Positions 51,001-64,000 of a stretch of DNA of 64,000 nt are shown piece after piece. The position numbers and the translations under genes are program-made. The DNA comes from Spizellomyces punctatus DAOM BR117 (lineage: Eukaryota). Each line of letters opens with the position of its first letter. Position 1 is the first letter of the stretch. The stretch lies in assembly GCA_000182565.2 (NCBI GenBank), contig KQ257457.1. One strand, given 5' to 3'. The notes beneath the pieces are model-generated. The model was not told the origin of the DNA. It worked only from the letters and a program-made list of their open reading frames with translations, and did not search any database.

Positions 51001-54000
51001 CGAGTTGGACAACTCCGATACTGGGACGTTTGCCCTAGCGCAGGACATTTGTGACGTACCTCGCGTGGTTATCGATGCAGAACAACTTGCGCAGGTTACA
51101 GACTTTCCTCAAGGCGACCGCGATATCGATGTCTTCACGGCAACCACATCGGGAGGTCGTGCCGGTGTGCAAAAGGCGTCCCTTGAAGCTCTGGGGCCAC
51201 TGGCCACATTGATTGCAACGGAAGATCGGGAGGATGATGAGCTGTCTGCGAAACCCGCAATTGCCATCACCAACCCTCCATTATCTCAGTTACAGTCCAC
51301 ACCCAGTACTGCTGCTAGCACGCGTATCCGATCCAAAAGCGATAATACGGATGATGACCTTCCCTATTCGAGTATCTCTGCGCGGTCCGCCAGACCCAAG
51401 AAGTCTGCAAAGAGACCTCCGCTTCCCCATCCGCAACTCCCATCCAGCACGTTTGCTAGCCGACGAGTCCGATCCAATAGTGATCATACGGACGACGACC
51501 TTCCTGATCAGGAGATGTCTGAACGGTCCCCAAGAACCGCAAAGGCGACAAAGAAACCTCCAATACCTTATCCCCAGTCCACCGCCTCCGCTGTCACTAG
51601 CGTGCGCGGCCGGTCCAATAGCGACAATACGGACGATGATATTCCCTATCTTACAGACGCGTCTTCCCACGTCGTTTCCACCGGTCCTGCCACTCCCATG
51701 TGGGATTCCGATGATGTGGATTCGAACGCGGACTTTTTCGAACTGAAGCGCGGCGATAATTACGACAACCCTCCCCTGAAATCCTTTATTGAGCGCCCCG
51801 CGATTTTGCGTCCGCGTCACACCCCGTCGGCAGAATCCCTCGGACGTAGAATTCTGGAGAGCTTGAGTGGATTGGGGGCTGTCCGGGTCTTGGAGCGAAA
51901 CGATAGCGGGAACACAGACTTTGCTGATGATGTCGTAGATATCAGTCCAAGTTTGGAGCATGGCCTCGGGTTGGGTATGCTTCAAGGAAAGAGTACCCGG
52001 CCAAGGAAACATTCGACTCTGTCAGTAGAGGTGCCGATCGCTGATTTTCTGGACAAATACGATGATGATGAGAGTGTGGATGATTATGAAACAGATAACT
52101 CGGAGAATGAGAAAGAGAATCCCGAAGCTAATGGAGACCGTACGGATGACAGTCAAAGTACGGTTACTTTCAAGTTGGACAGAAACGTTGTTGCTGAGGA
52201 TTCGAAGATGACAGTCCTTGACCATCAAGCGTCTGTGATACATGATAAAACCTTCCTTGCCGAACAAAGGTTCACTGCATTGGATGACGAAATACTTACA
52301 GAACCTTCTGATAAAGGTGTATTTGTCAGAGATCCGCTCATAACAGACACCGCAGACGCAACTGTACGCTCTGCTATAAAGTCTGATGCTATCCTCGCAG
52401 GGGCAGTGCTTTCAACCACCGAAGGCGAATCATTAAGAGATTCCATCGTTCAAATTTTGGAAAACTATGGAAGCGATCCTGCGCAAAGTTCCGGGTCAGC
52501 GCTTCGAAAAACGATGGACAACCATAGTATCGGGTCAAATAATGGAACTCTTGAGCGGAGTAACACAAACAGTCATCCGCATTCTACTAGAAATTCAGGG
52601 CCAATATTGGATGTTGCGGATGAAGCGCACGGTCAAAAGCACCGGGCGAGGCTGTCTGCAGATTCTATTGGTTCTAATGTGGCAATTGTGGACGGTGGCC
52701 GAGATCGTCATGTAGATGAACCATCCGCTGGCGCGTTGGCAGTCACTCGTGACGCCCAGAAGATTCTCTCCAAGGAGTTGCATACAACTCGCGAACCGAT
52801 TATCGTACAGATCTCTCCGCCGACATCTACCATGGCACTGGACCGAGACGTTACAAGAAAGGATCGGACAAAGTTTTTATCGGTTTCCTTGGGCAGTAAC
52901 GTGGACAGTGGTATCAGTGATGTCTCGGGGCCATCCGTGCATGCGGTACACTCGCGAGGTGGATCGAACGAAGATCCGATGGTGGAAGCGCAGAAAGACG
53001 TCATGCAGCCAACAACTCGATCACACCAAGTCGCCGCCCCACCGCTGAATCCGCCAAAGAGCCTAATGGAACACATGCGGGACGTGATTGTTGCACAAGC
53101 ACATATTCCGTTGCATCCAGACATGCAGCATGGCAATGCCTCAGCGAGCAAGTCGTCCGATGTTCCCTTGGGTCGCATACGCAGTGTACGCAAGGCATAT
53201 ATGGCTGCACCTGCTGCTGAAGCTTTTAATGATAATCCGGTGGGCGCATCCACTAAAGAACAGTGGGATAACCGAAAGGGGCAAGCTGGCAGTTTCAAGT
53301 TAAACCTGGGGAGTACTGCGCGCAAAAGGAGCTTTTCAAGTGAGCTTCAACAGAAGGCAGAAAATGCGTCCAGACGTAGGTCTTATTATGACATTGAAAA
53401 TGCATCTCCGCCTCCTTCTGGTTCTGAGACTGTGCGTGAGAATGGTTCTGAACGCTCCTTGAGTGGCGATAATGATGATCAGATGTCTTGGATGGCGGCT
53501 ATTGGGTAAGTGTGGACCGAATCCATTACTGATGCGGTATTGCACAGCTGATCATCACCATTCTGATTCAGAGCTACGTTCGCGGTTGCCTCGTACGGAT
53601 TTTCATTTTCTCTTCTTAACATCGCCGGTCCGATCATGACACACTCCCCTGCCTTCCATTCCAATACGGGGCTTGGTGCTGCGGAATTGGCACAGGCCGC
53701 CTATTTGGTTGCCTGTGTGGCATCAGCAGCAATTTGGCTGTGGTTTTCAGGCGTTTGGGGGTGGGTTGTGTGGTGTCGTTCACTTCTTGACTATACATGA
53801 CACTGATTCTCGTCCTTATGTCATCCCAGACCTGCGCGACCGCTAGTGTTTTGCCTATTCTTGTTTACAGTGTTTACGGCGCTTTGTAGCGTCGGTGGCG
53901 ATTGGAATCGTGTCATAAGCTTTGAGGCTATAGCAGGAGTGGTATGTATCAATTTCTTCCGTTATGTTGGATACTGGCGAAGTTTTAACTGTTGTTTATC

Positions 54001-55926
54001 GATTAAAGGGCGGTGGTGGTATTTTACCATTGACTTTCTTATTGGTAAAAGACTCTATGAAACTGCGCCATGCTGTGCGAGTTTATGGTACGTTGATTGG
54101 ATCATGATAAAAGTATACGTTGGAAATTGATACAATCTCTTTTCTGTACAGCCGTACTGGCCTTGGTGTTGATTTCTTCGCTGGCATTTGCCCCTCTCAT
54201 TGGCCACCGTCTCCTCCTGAACGCATTCACGAATCGAAAGTGGATATTCCTCCTCCCGGCACTGCTATGCATCCCCGCGATTATTATGAGTGTCTTGTTG
54301 GCTAATCGTTTAGCTACCCCAAGGACGAGACGGTTGATAACCAAGTTTTCCACAGCAATGTTGATGGCGTTCGCAGTGGCCGTTGGGTTGAGTGCTGTCG
54401 TTTGGGGTGGGCAATATCCATACAAACGGAACCCAGGGAATGTAGAATTGGCTGTAGCATTGGAAATGATCCCTGGAGACGTACATGTGAACCCGATAAG
54501 GATTCTACATGGACCAGGCTGGAAGTTGGAGAATGGAGTTTGGGTGACAGATCCAACCTATACAAAGACCGTTTCGACGCCGCTGCCAAGTTCAACCGTT
54601 TCTGAACCGACACAGACCACTCCTAGTTCCGCTCCTAGTTCATCTGGTACACCGTTCCCTGGCGCGACTGTCTCCTCTAGCATCCCCGCCAGTACTACAA
54701 TATCATCACCAAGTACCGCGACCACATCTACTCCTCCCACCATATCAAAGCCCAACCCATCATCCCCCATGTCGTCGACGACGCCATCCCCTCGCCCTAG
54801 GCCTCCACCTGTGAGCGTGGCTGGTTCTGATAGACCACCAAATGACCTGTTTCTCAACAAGTTGCACATGTTGGATCAATGCCGATTGCCGGCATGGGAT
54901 GACGTGGAGGAAGCAGAGCCGGAGAATGCGTTAAGCAAGGCGGGATGGATTGGAGGAATGATAGGTTTTGGAACAGTAGCGGTTGTATTGTAAGTGTCTT
55001 TCTATGATCGCTTTGAAGAAAGCGTTAATTAATAGTGGGTCTTGCGCAGATTTGGTGTACTCGGGCGACAACTGTACCATAATGGAGTTCTGGCCGGTAA
55101 GTCGAATTCTTTTGTCATGTTTTAATCTTGCGGTTGGACTGAACTTCCTCCATGGGTAGATCGGAATGGCAAGCAAACTCTGGTTGCCGGCTTATCCCTG
55201 GTGTTTAGCACTACGGCTCTCGCATGTAGGTTCCCCACTTGATCCAATCCTCTTGGTTCAAATCTTGGTGTCCTCATATATATGTAATACAGCTATCCTG
55301 CGCTACCCTCCTCTTCAACTTGCTCTTCAAGCATGTACCCCGACTCCGTTCCTCTTATATCCTCTTATAGGTGGAATAATTCCCTTTTTGCTTCTTTTCC
55401 TTCTTCCATATTCGAAGCACTCTCATACACGGGCGGCTTCGCCTGGGGCCATTATGGTATTGGTCGGAGCCATTCTAGCGGCCGTGGATGCTGGGGCTGT
55501 GACTGATGGATTTGGTGTTGGATTCATGATTTTTGGAGTTTTGGTGACTTTTGTGGGTTCCACTGTACGCTCTGTTGAGGGCGGAGGTGTCGGTTGGAGT
55601 GCATGGATGGGAGTAGGCGTTGTTGGTAAGTGCCAAGACTCCTTTTGGTATGTCTTGTTGAATGCGGCCTAATCGTAAGTGGTCGTGACTTTTCAGCTGG
55701 CACAGCTTTCGGCACCCTCCTCGCGAGTACTCTCTTCCGCGCCCACATGTTGGATCACACGACTGTAGCAACAAGTGCAACTCTTTTACTCCCACATACC
55801 CCTGCTCCCTCGGATCCCACAACCGTAGAAACAATCAATGATGCAATGCGACGTGTGTATAGAGGCGTGGCTGTCCCATTTTCGGCTGTGAGTTCCTTGG
55901 TATGGATATTAGGATTGATACTCTAG
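48017..55926 (+). CDS. Very large protein: about 1800-aa disordered, repeat-containing N-terminus plus multi-pass (MFS-like) membrane C-terminus with a Ser/Thr/Pro-rich loop
   Basis: The 1653-aa ORF ends at donor GG|GTAAGT (about 53505) and resumes in frame at about 53572 with hydrophobic exons (ATFAVASYGFSFSLL..., 53830-53940, 54097-54990, 55170-55625, 55680-55926). The exact exon structure and the MFS assignment are tentative. Confidence 0.6.
51323..51650 (+). repeat. Three 141-nt (47-aa) coding tandem repeats
   Basis: RIRSKSDNTDDDLPY (51323), RVRSNSDHTDDDLPD (51464), RGRSNSDNTDDDIPY (51605). Confidence 0.85.
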
Positions 55927-56160
55927 GATGTGTGTTCCAGAGAATGGCTTAATCCGGTTGGTAGATGATGTTACTTCCCTGATCAAATGAATGTTAGATA
56001 GGCGCATAGATTATTATGCAGAGACAAATTTGGAGTATGTCTCCTATTTCTTGGTATTCTGGTAGTGTTAATTCAATGTATATGTATGTAGAAGCTGTAT
56101 ATCTATGAAAATCAATCATATGAAGAAGTCTCAAAACTTGAAAATACAATGAAGGTTAAA

Positions 56161-59100
56161 TTATATCAGACAATCCCCTCCGCTCACTCCTAGATCGCCT
56201 ACTTCACCATCCAGCCGTTGAACCCGCACCATCTCAAAATACCTTCCCCGTAGCGCCATCAATTCCTCATGTGTACCTTCCTCCGCAACGATACCTTGAT
56301 CGATGACCACGATTTTATGTGCATGCCGGATGGTTGATAAGCGATGCGATATCGATATGGTGGTCCGATTTATGGATGCCTTGTTGAGAGCGCTTTGGAC
56401 TAGTTCTTCGCTTTCAGAATCTAGTGCTGAGGTTGCTTCATCGAGAAGAAGAATCTACGAAAAAAAAGCCTGTCAGCAAAGTACAGAATACTCATCGAGT
56501 ATAGGTAAAACCGTAACAAACCTCTGGATCTCGAATCAAAGCCCTGGCAATTGCAATCCTCTGCTTTTGCCCCCCACTCAGCCCAGTCTTGCCCACAACC
56601 GTTTCATACCCCTCCGGTAACACCTTTACAAATTCGTGCACATTGGCCATTTCGCAAACGTTCAAAAATGTTTTTTCCTCAACTGCATCTGGATCTTGGG
56701 CACCTATGAGAATGTTGAATCTGATTGTGCCTTCGTAGAGGGTAGGTTCTTGGCTAACTAGGGCCATACGAGAGCGGTGGGTAGGAAGGTGGAGGTTACA
56801 GAGGGCAGTGGAGTTGACAAGGACTTGTCCTGAGAGGGGGTCATAGAATCGCTCAAGTAGAGCAATTGTGGTAGACTTTCCACATCCACTGGGACCGACG
56901 AGGGCAGTGAATTGACCGGGTTCGATCTAATCAGACAAGGGACTTTAACAATTGATAATCAAAAAAAGTGAGGCAGATTGAAGACAAACCTTGAGGTTCA
57001 ACCCATTCAAAACGGGTACTTCAGGTCTGGACGGATACCGAAACACAACGTCCCGAAACTCGATTCCAACGCCCCGTTTCGTTTCCATCGTCTCACTCTC
57101 TCCGCCGTGTCCAATAGCTCCTCGTTCATCAATAACTCGAAATATATTCCCAGCTGCCAGTCTTGCCTTGGTAACATCTGGCGCTAGAGAGAACATTTGG
57201 CCGGCCGCCTGGGCAGAGAAGAGAAGCGCAGGGAGGACGATAAAGAATTCATTGACTGTGTAGTCGCCTTTACTGAGAAGTTGGGAGCCCCACCTGTGGC
57301 AGAAGACCAGTCAGCGCAAGTTGGGCAGGATAGTCGATTGCAAAGAGTTACCAGTAAGCCAAGGCGTACAGAAGGTACGTAATACTGTACGCGAGCGCTA
57401 GCCACAGATTCCCTGTTGAAATGGAACGAATGCTATCCTGGTATGGAGCCTCCAGGCTTTCGTGATAGCGATCTTTGACATTCTGTTCGCACGAAAGTGC
57501 CGCGACCGTTCTAATGTTGCCCACTGCTTCGGTTGCAAGCGCTGCGGAAGCTATGTAAGCCGTTTCATGGCGTTTCTACGGACCAAACCGGTTAAAGATC
57601 ACCACCGTCAGATTTGATGACCTAGCAGGCACACACACACACCTGAAATCGTGCAATGATCCTAACTCTCAAAAAGCCAGCAACAAGCATGATGGGTACC
57701 GCTGTAACAACCACAATCGCAATCTTCCAAGCCGTGATATGAGCCAGTGTGATAGCTGCCACAAGGTTGACCATAATGGAGAACACTGTGCCGATGACGA
57801 CGCCCGTTAATCCGCTCAGGTGGTTTGCGTCCACGTTTAGCGTTGATACTAGGGAAGCAGTTGTATGGTCTGGTTTGTCAAAATATGATATGTCCTGGTT
57901 TATTACGGACCTAACGTGAGTGGCAAGTGTTAGTGGCTCTATGTTGTTCCACATTCAAAGAATAACACTCTACCTGAAGGACAAGCTTCTTACACGCCAT
58001 AGTAACCGCCCTGAAACCCATCCGAAAACTGTCCCGTTCGTAGAATAAGCGAAACATAGAGCAAACGCAACACATAGAAAGTCTAGAGACAGGTCTTAGC
58101 TAGATTCCCGAATCTCAAAACCATCATGAATCATCCCTGTCACCCACATAAACAAAAACGGTTTGCAGTATCCAAGATCTGCTGTGTTTGACTTGGGTCG
58201 TTGGGAGAGAGGGTCGTAACTAGATTTGCAAACAAAACTGCTTCGATAGAGTAGGCCGAACCGATCATTGCGGATGCTATACAAGAAAAATCGACTGTAA
58301 GTTCCGTGTACGTGCGTATGATCTCCAAAAATTCTAGTACTCACTCGCCAATCCAACAACGACACAAAACCATTCCCTTCCTCCCATCATGCCTGAAATC
58401 CGCTTTAGGAGCTCCCATGTGGTAATATTTATCTGAGATTTTGCTGTCTCCTCGGAATTACGCTCTGCTTGTGCCTTTTCCATTGCTTCCACGTCCACAT
58501 TGTCTGCGTTAGCACTGTCCTGTGCGACTTGATCAAGATAGACGCTAAATCTGCCGCTATCCAGAGACCAATGGGAGATTCTGCGGCTGAGACTGGGCGC
58601 AGCCGTTCTGGTAGAATCCAGATGAATACTCGATGACTGGCGTTCCAGGTTGGAGTGTGCTGTTCTGATAGATAGAGATGACTTTTGGCGGATCATCATA
58701 TCTCTCGCAGGATGGGCGGTATCAGTGGAAGAAACTGTCTCCACAGTCGATGGCACATTTTGCATATTCACGGCGCGGTAGTAGGCCGACTTGCGGGCGA
58801 GGAGCTCCTCGTGCGTACCTTGTTCAATCACCTTGCCTTGTGACCTACAAGCAACATACCGTTAATTCCCTTCCAGCATTAACAGACTCCTTGTCATCTC
58901 GGAAACCCACATTACTACAATCTTGTGCGCATTCCTAATGGTACTCAACCGATGGGCTATGACAACAGTTGTCCGATCTTTACTGGCACGCTCTAACGCA
59001 GCCTGCACAAGGCGCTCGCTTTGAACATCTAGGGCAGATGTGGCCTGTCAAGCACTACTGTTTAGAAAACAATGTTGCGTCGCCCCATATACGTCAGGCA

Positions 59101-61328
59101 TGTCTACCTCATCCAGTATCAGAATCTTTGGATCTGATACGATAGCCCTTGCAATAGCAATACGCTGTTTCTGTCCTCCACTTAGCCCCACACCATGCTC
59201 GCCGACTGGAGTGAAATATCCTTTAGGTAGCTTGCTGATAAACCCATGGGCATTAGCTTTGCGCGCTGCATCAATGCAGATATCTTCTTTTTCGCGAGCG
59301 CTTAATGCTGCTGTACAGTTGGCAGCTCCAAGGGCAATGTTGTCCATAATTGTTCCATTGAATAGGACTGGTTCTTGCATAACAAGAGCCATTTGGCGCC
59401 GCAACCAGCGCACGTTGAGGGAGCTGATGGGGACATTGTCAAGAAGAATTTGACCGGACGTTGGATCGTAAAAGCGCTCTAGGAGTCCCACTATTGGTGC
59501 GAAAGATGAGCATACCGCAGTCCGGGTAAGAAATACGTAAAGAGACACATACCAATCGTGGATTTACCACTGCCAGATAATCCAACAATTGCTGTGGTCT
59601 TCCCTTTTTCTAGAACAATATCCACTCCTTTCAAAACTTGAACTTCGGGTCTTGTTGGATACGCAAACCGGACACCGCGCAACTCGAGATGTCCTTCGCA
59701 TTTTTCAGGCTGAAAACCTGCGTCAGAGGTGGGGTCAATAGGAGAGGTTCGATCGATTGTGTCTAATAACTTGCGGCCCGAGCCCGCAGCAAACGAGAAC
59801 GTCTGGAGGAAGGGTGAAAAGTGGCCAATGATGAAGGAGCCTGCGGAAGCGCAAGTAGATTGTAAATCCAACGAATACATATTCAGACGAAAACTAAGAA
59901 TGGAGTCAACATACTGTCGAGCATCATAAAAATGACTGTAAAGATGTCACCAGCGCCACTCATGGAATTGTCAACAAGAAGCCGAGAACCTTTCCAATAG
60001 GCAAGGGCGTTGGACGAGTAGGCCAAGAAGAAAATTGCGCCCATCATTAAAGCTCCCGACACGCTTTTCCGCACTCCCTCTTTCTCCGCAAGTGTCAACC
60101 ACGACTCGTATACTTTCGCTAAGCGTTCCTGACTATTGAATGCCTGCACGACACGAACATTTCCGAAAGCTTCATCGGCCAGCATAGATGCTTTGGAATA
60201 TGCATCGCTCACTCTTGTCGTATACTTTGCGGTTATCTTGGAGCCCCCCATAATGACGATGACGAATGCAGGTACAATGCAGAGCATGATTCCAGCGAGG
60301 GTGGCATTCTTAGAGAAGGAGACACATAGGGCAACTACAAAGTAGGACAAAGATTGGATACAGAGGCCGACCTTTTCTGAAGTGCCCAAATGTATAGTTT
60401 GGATGTCACTGGTGATCCGATTGGATATCTAGAAATGCACGATATAGGTGTAAGTCTGCGGATTCAGCGGATTGTGAAAGTGCGAATGTGAACATACCTC
60501 CCCGGCGCCAACATCTGAAAACCAGCCAACCTCCATTCTCAAAGTAGCGCCTACATATTCTTCCCTCAGTCTCCTAGCGACGCGCTCTCCGATCAAACTC
60601 CAACACACGCAATAGGCGTATGTCAGGACAAAATATCCAATGGCAACAAAAACGAGATACATGACTTTTGTATTAACAGATTCCTTAAAGTCGTCAAGTT
60701 CGCTTGGTGACAGAGTTTCGGGGGATCCAAGTTTTTGCGAAAAGTCGTTGATCAAGTCACCAAACAAGATACCAATCAGTGGGAGAGGGACACCAGCGCC
60801 CATGGCGCAAAAGATGCCCGCAGTGATGAGGAAGGTATCGAAAGGAGTGGAGTATCGGAAGAGTCGAAAGTAATCAAAATTAAACCGAAAGCGCTTTTTC
60901 GATGGCGAAGGATTTGGGTTTTTCTGTTCGGTTGACTCGGTACGTTTTAGGCGTGATTGTTGAGCAGCAATCTGCTCCTGGATGTCGCCGGTGACCGCTA
61001 CAGGATCCACTGTAATGGTTACTTCCTGAGCAGATGTCATACTGGAGGTAACCGGCACCATTGGGATGTTTGCATGGATCTGATCTCGCTCATCAATATG
61101 GGTATTACCGGAATGTTCTGCTGACATTTCTGCTGCCATTAGCGCACTGTCTGTATGTGGGACAGCCAGATCTGGTACTGCAGACAAGGAATTGGGTCTG
61201 TCCAGGGGGGTCGACTGGGAGTCGTTTAAAACGCCCGCGGCACGATCGGAAAGCTCTGATGATCCATGGTCGATGGGTTGACCGCCGTCGGAATGAGGCA
61301 TGGTTGGGCGTGCGGGTGAGAGGGGCAT
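56161..61328 (-). CDS. Full-length ABCB (MDR/P-glycoprotein) transporter
   Basis: TMD-NBD-TMD-NBD over many exons; Walker [10 protein letters not shown] and GPSGCGKST; two [14 protein letters not shown] signatures; [10 protein letters not shown](A/R)YP(T/S)RPEV; stop at 56163-56161. Confidence 0.95.
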
Positions 61329-62012
61329 GGGATACAATATTGGATGATGAATTAAAAAAATTCGTATGAGGAGACAAGGTAAATGAGGAAAAGCTTAAAC
61401 GGTAGTGACGTCAAGCATCGGCTTGCGACGAGGATCAAGGACGAAAACTCCTTTAGGAAAGTAGCCCAAGAAGAGTTATGGCAGCTTAGATCGTCACCCG
61501 CCTGGGCAAATGGGTGGTATGCAAAGTGGCAAAGGAGACTAGTTCAACTGCCTGTCACTACACACGCTACAAGGTCACCCAGATGGAACTGGATTGGGCC
61601 TCAACAAAAGAATAGTTCTTTATTTATGTAGATGCCACCTCGTCGGAGTGGAGAGACGAACTGGCAAAACGCATAGTGCAAAAATCATCCATTGGAAAGG
61701 TTTTTTCATTTTCATTTTGGCCCTTCTTGCAGGGCACCAAACCCGAAAAGCAAAAAGCTCACCAACTAAAAAATGCACACTTCTCGAGAACGGGCAGGTC
61801 GTCCAATCGGGCGGACGAATAAGCCACACTAAGCCACAGTGATCGAATGATTTAAACTTTAAACCTTCCCCTCGTAAGCAGATGCACTGGATGCATGAAT
61901 CAACAGCACGACGCTACTGAATATAAAATATCTCATGCATTTTTACTTTTAAAAAGTCAATTTTGTTTGAAATGCCTCACACTTAATGAAGATGATATGT
62001 ACAAGTTCCAGT

Positions 62013-62414
62013 CTACATCCTACCACCTCCCTCCATCTGGTCTGCATTTCCTGTCTGAGCCACTCTTTTCTTTTCAAAATCCTCCTGCAGAGCCTCCACT
62101 GTCAAGCGTGCACTTCTCAGCGCTTCCATCCGCTCAGTGTAAGTCCCCAGCATTTGATCTGCGATCCTCCGAGCCTTTGCATCTTCGCTTTGTGCTTGAG
62201 CGGCCTCAGAACCTTTGGGTACAATGCCGTGGGTTGCTTTCTCAGTTTTCTGCGTCAAGTCGCTTGCAATTTCATGGATATGCTGGGAGACGGCGATGGC
62301 TTCGGCTCGCTCCTTGTTGTAACCTGCCCCTTGTAGCACATCCTGCATCGATGGATGCACTGTGAAGGCATCTCTTTTGGCGGCTTTATAGTCGGGGTCG
62401 TTGGGCTTTGGCAT
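62013..62414 (-). CDS. Small hydrophilic SMP/LEA-like protein
   Basis: 133-aa Ala/Gln/Glu/Lys-rich helical ORF with ASDLTQKTEKATHGIVPKGSEAAQAQS, resembling the seed-maturation-protein motif. Confidence 0.55.
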   Translation of the reverse strand: MPKPNDPDYKAAKRDAFTVHPSMQDVLQGAGYNKERAEAIAVSQHIHEIASDLTQKTEKATHGIVPKGSEAAQAQSEDAKARRIADQMLGTYTERMEALRSARLTVEALQEDFEKKRVAQTGNADQMEGGGRM

Positions 62415-62635
62415 CCCAAGTTAATTCGATTTTAGATAGGACTGCTTTGCAATGTTACGAGTAGGACTGCTATTTGAGAGTACCACTTTTGTATTTTTTA
62501 CGTAACATTAGCCATCATAGGAGAAACGCGTTCGATCAAGATTACGAAATTCAACCACGGATATTACACACAAGAACTCGCACTGCCAGAATTCACCTCC
62601 CTTCTCTACTCAAGTACTCGGAACCCTCTATGCAC

Positions 62636-64000
62636 TCATTGCGGAAATTCCTTTGCTAATCCAAGGTCGGCCCAATATCTCTTCACAAAAAGATCCTTAC
62701 TTTTCAACATCTTTACCACCCAATCCCCCCAAACGCCTAGCAATTGAGCAACACCTCCGTTACGTCCTATTGACACAACTGCGAGGACGGATGTGCTTGG
62801 CTTGTACGCTGCAAGTTTTGCATCAGGTCCAGACTCTGCAGACAAAGTTCAGATTCAGAGCGACTTTCAAAATTCAGCAAAGCCGCAGCAAGTTCACTTA
62901 CTGATCAACTTTAGAATGTTATCGGCAGCAAGTTCGGCTTGTGGCTTTGCAAGATATGCCAGCTTCATATCAGCATTTGTGACATCACCGGCTGCAAAGA
63001 TGTGTGGGAAAGCATCATTGTCGAGTTGAAGGGTCGGCCGCACTTTAAGTTGTCCCTTTGCATCAATCAGGTCTTCACTCAGCGATTGGACCAAGTGAGA
63101 GTTGAACAATGAGTTGCCGGTAGCTAGTAATATCACGTCGGCATTGATTTCACGACCCTTGTTGGTTTTGACAAAAGTTTCTCCAACGTGCCATCCTTTC
63201 TGCGTTGGATCGGGAAAGAGCGCTTTCAACCCTTCGACCTTCTCGCCAAGGACGACATTAACCTTGCGTTGCTGGAGCGTTGATAGCAAACGCGCTTTAA
63301 ACTTGTCCGAATAAGGTCCATTCATGAGGGTTGTGCTGGCGTGCACCAAGGTCACTTTCTTTTCGGGGTAATCAGTAGCCACTTCCCCTGCGATCTCGAT
63401 TCCGACTGGACCGCCACCCACAATCAGAACGCTCTTTGCTTCTTTTATGGCTGTTGCAATTTCCTGGAGCTCGGCAATACTCTCGGTACGTGCGTCCTTA
63501 CTGCTTTTACTTGGACTACATAGCGGTATCCGGTGACTATTATTAGCAAGTTTTTGGCTGGACGCATGATACGATCACATACCTAGGATAAGAGGAGCCA
63601 GTCGCAATAACCAGATAATCGAAAGGGACATTGCTTCCTCCAGCCAGAACTACATGGTTAGGATGAATGGCGACAACGGTTCCTTGCACTATTTTTCCGT
63701 TCGAGGAAGTGAAAATCTTGGAATATGGTATGAAAAGCTTTTCTGCAAAAGATGGTTCAACGAGCGCACGGAAAGATCCTCTAACAAAGGCATCTGATGA
63801 GTGTCGAATAGATTAACACCGATGAACGGATCTCTTACAGGTTATGCTGGAAATAATCTTCCTTGGTAATAAGTGTAAGATCAACATTTTCCTGATGCCC
63901 GAGCCCGGCATTCAGGCGCATGGCTATAGAGATCCATGGTGAATACTATGAGATCATCATCATTCCATGTATGAGAGTACCAGTTACCTACCAGCTGCCA
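62636..64000 (-). CDS. AMID/AIF-like (FSP1-type) FAD/NAD(P)H oxidoreductase, 5' end outside the window
   Basis: FDYLVIATGSSYP, LIVGGGPVGIEIAGE, VRPTLQL..IFAAGD, VVSIGRNGG and KSKDLF; last exon ends at 62636. Confidence 0.9.

Noticed and set aside
56161..61328. ABCB transporter as the siderophore exporter of the cluster
   Set aside because: It lies about 37 kb away behind many unrelated genes, and nothing in the sequence links it to the cluster.
62636..64000. AMID/FSP1-like oxidoreductase as part of an iron regulon
   Set aside because: Common fungal gene, distant from the cluster, and its promoter is outside the window.

Overview
Gene-dense eukaryotic (fungal) DNA with short GT-AG introns of about 55-85 nt and about 19 genes. 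An early-diverging lineage such as a chytrid is my inference only. The left 19 kb is a compact hydroxamate-siderophore (ferrichrome-type) locus of two divergent genes. The first is a minus-strand NRPS (15386 to beyond position 1) with at least five tandem modules (four complete A-T-C plus A5 at the window edge). A3, A4 and A5 share one specificity pocket, and a phase-0 intron recurs at the same position in every C domain. The second is an intronless 699-aa gene fusing L-ornithine N5-monooxygenase (SidA) to a SidL/SidF/IucB-type N5-hydroxyornithine acyltransferase. The NRPS has an apparent 1-nt frameshift at 54/55. The remainder holds a tail-anchored coiled-coil protein, an Osh1/2-type oxysterol-binding protein, a membrane-anchored GH26-like protein lacking its acid/base Glu, a low-complexity protein, a hairpin-anchored GNAT, TPT1, a GT32 glycosyltransferase, a decayed PD-(D/E)xK nuclease-like pseudogene, a C2H2 protein, a CAP protein, a RasGEF, a Trp-rich repeat membrane protein, a giant disordered-plus-multi-TM protein, an ABCB transporter, an SMP/LEA-like protein and a partial AMID-like oxidoreductase. 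No rRNA, tRNA, CRISPR array or intact transposon was recognised. All family calls come from motif recognition, not database searches.
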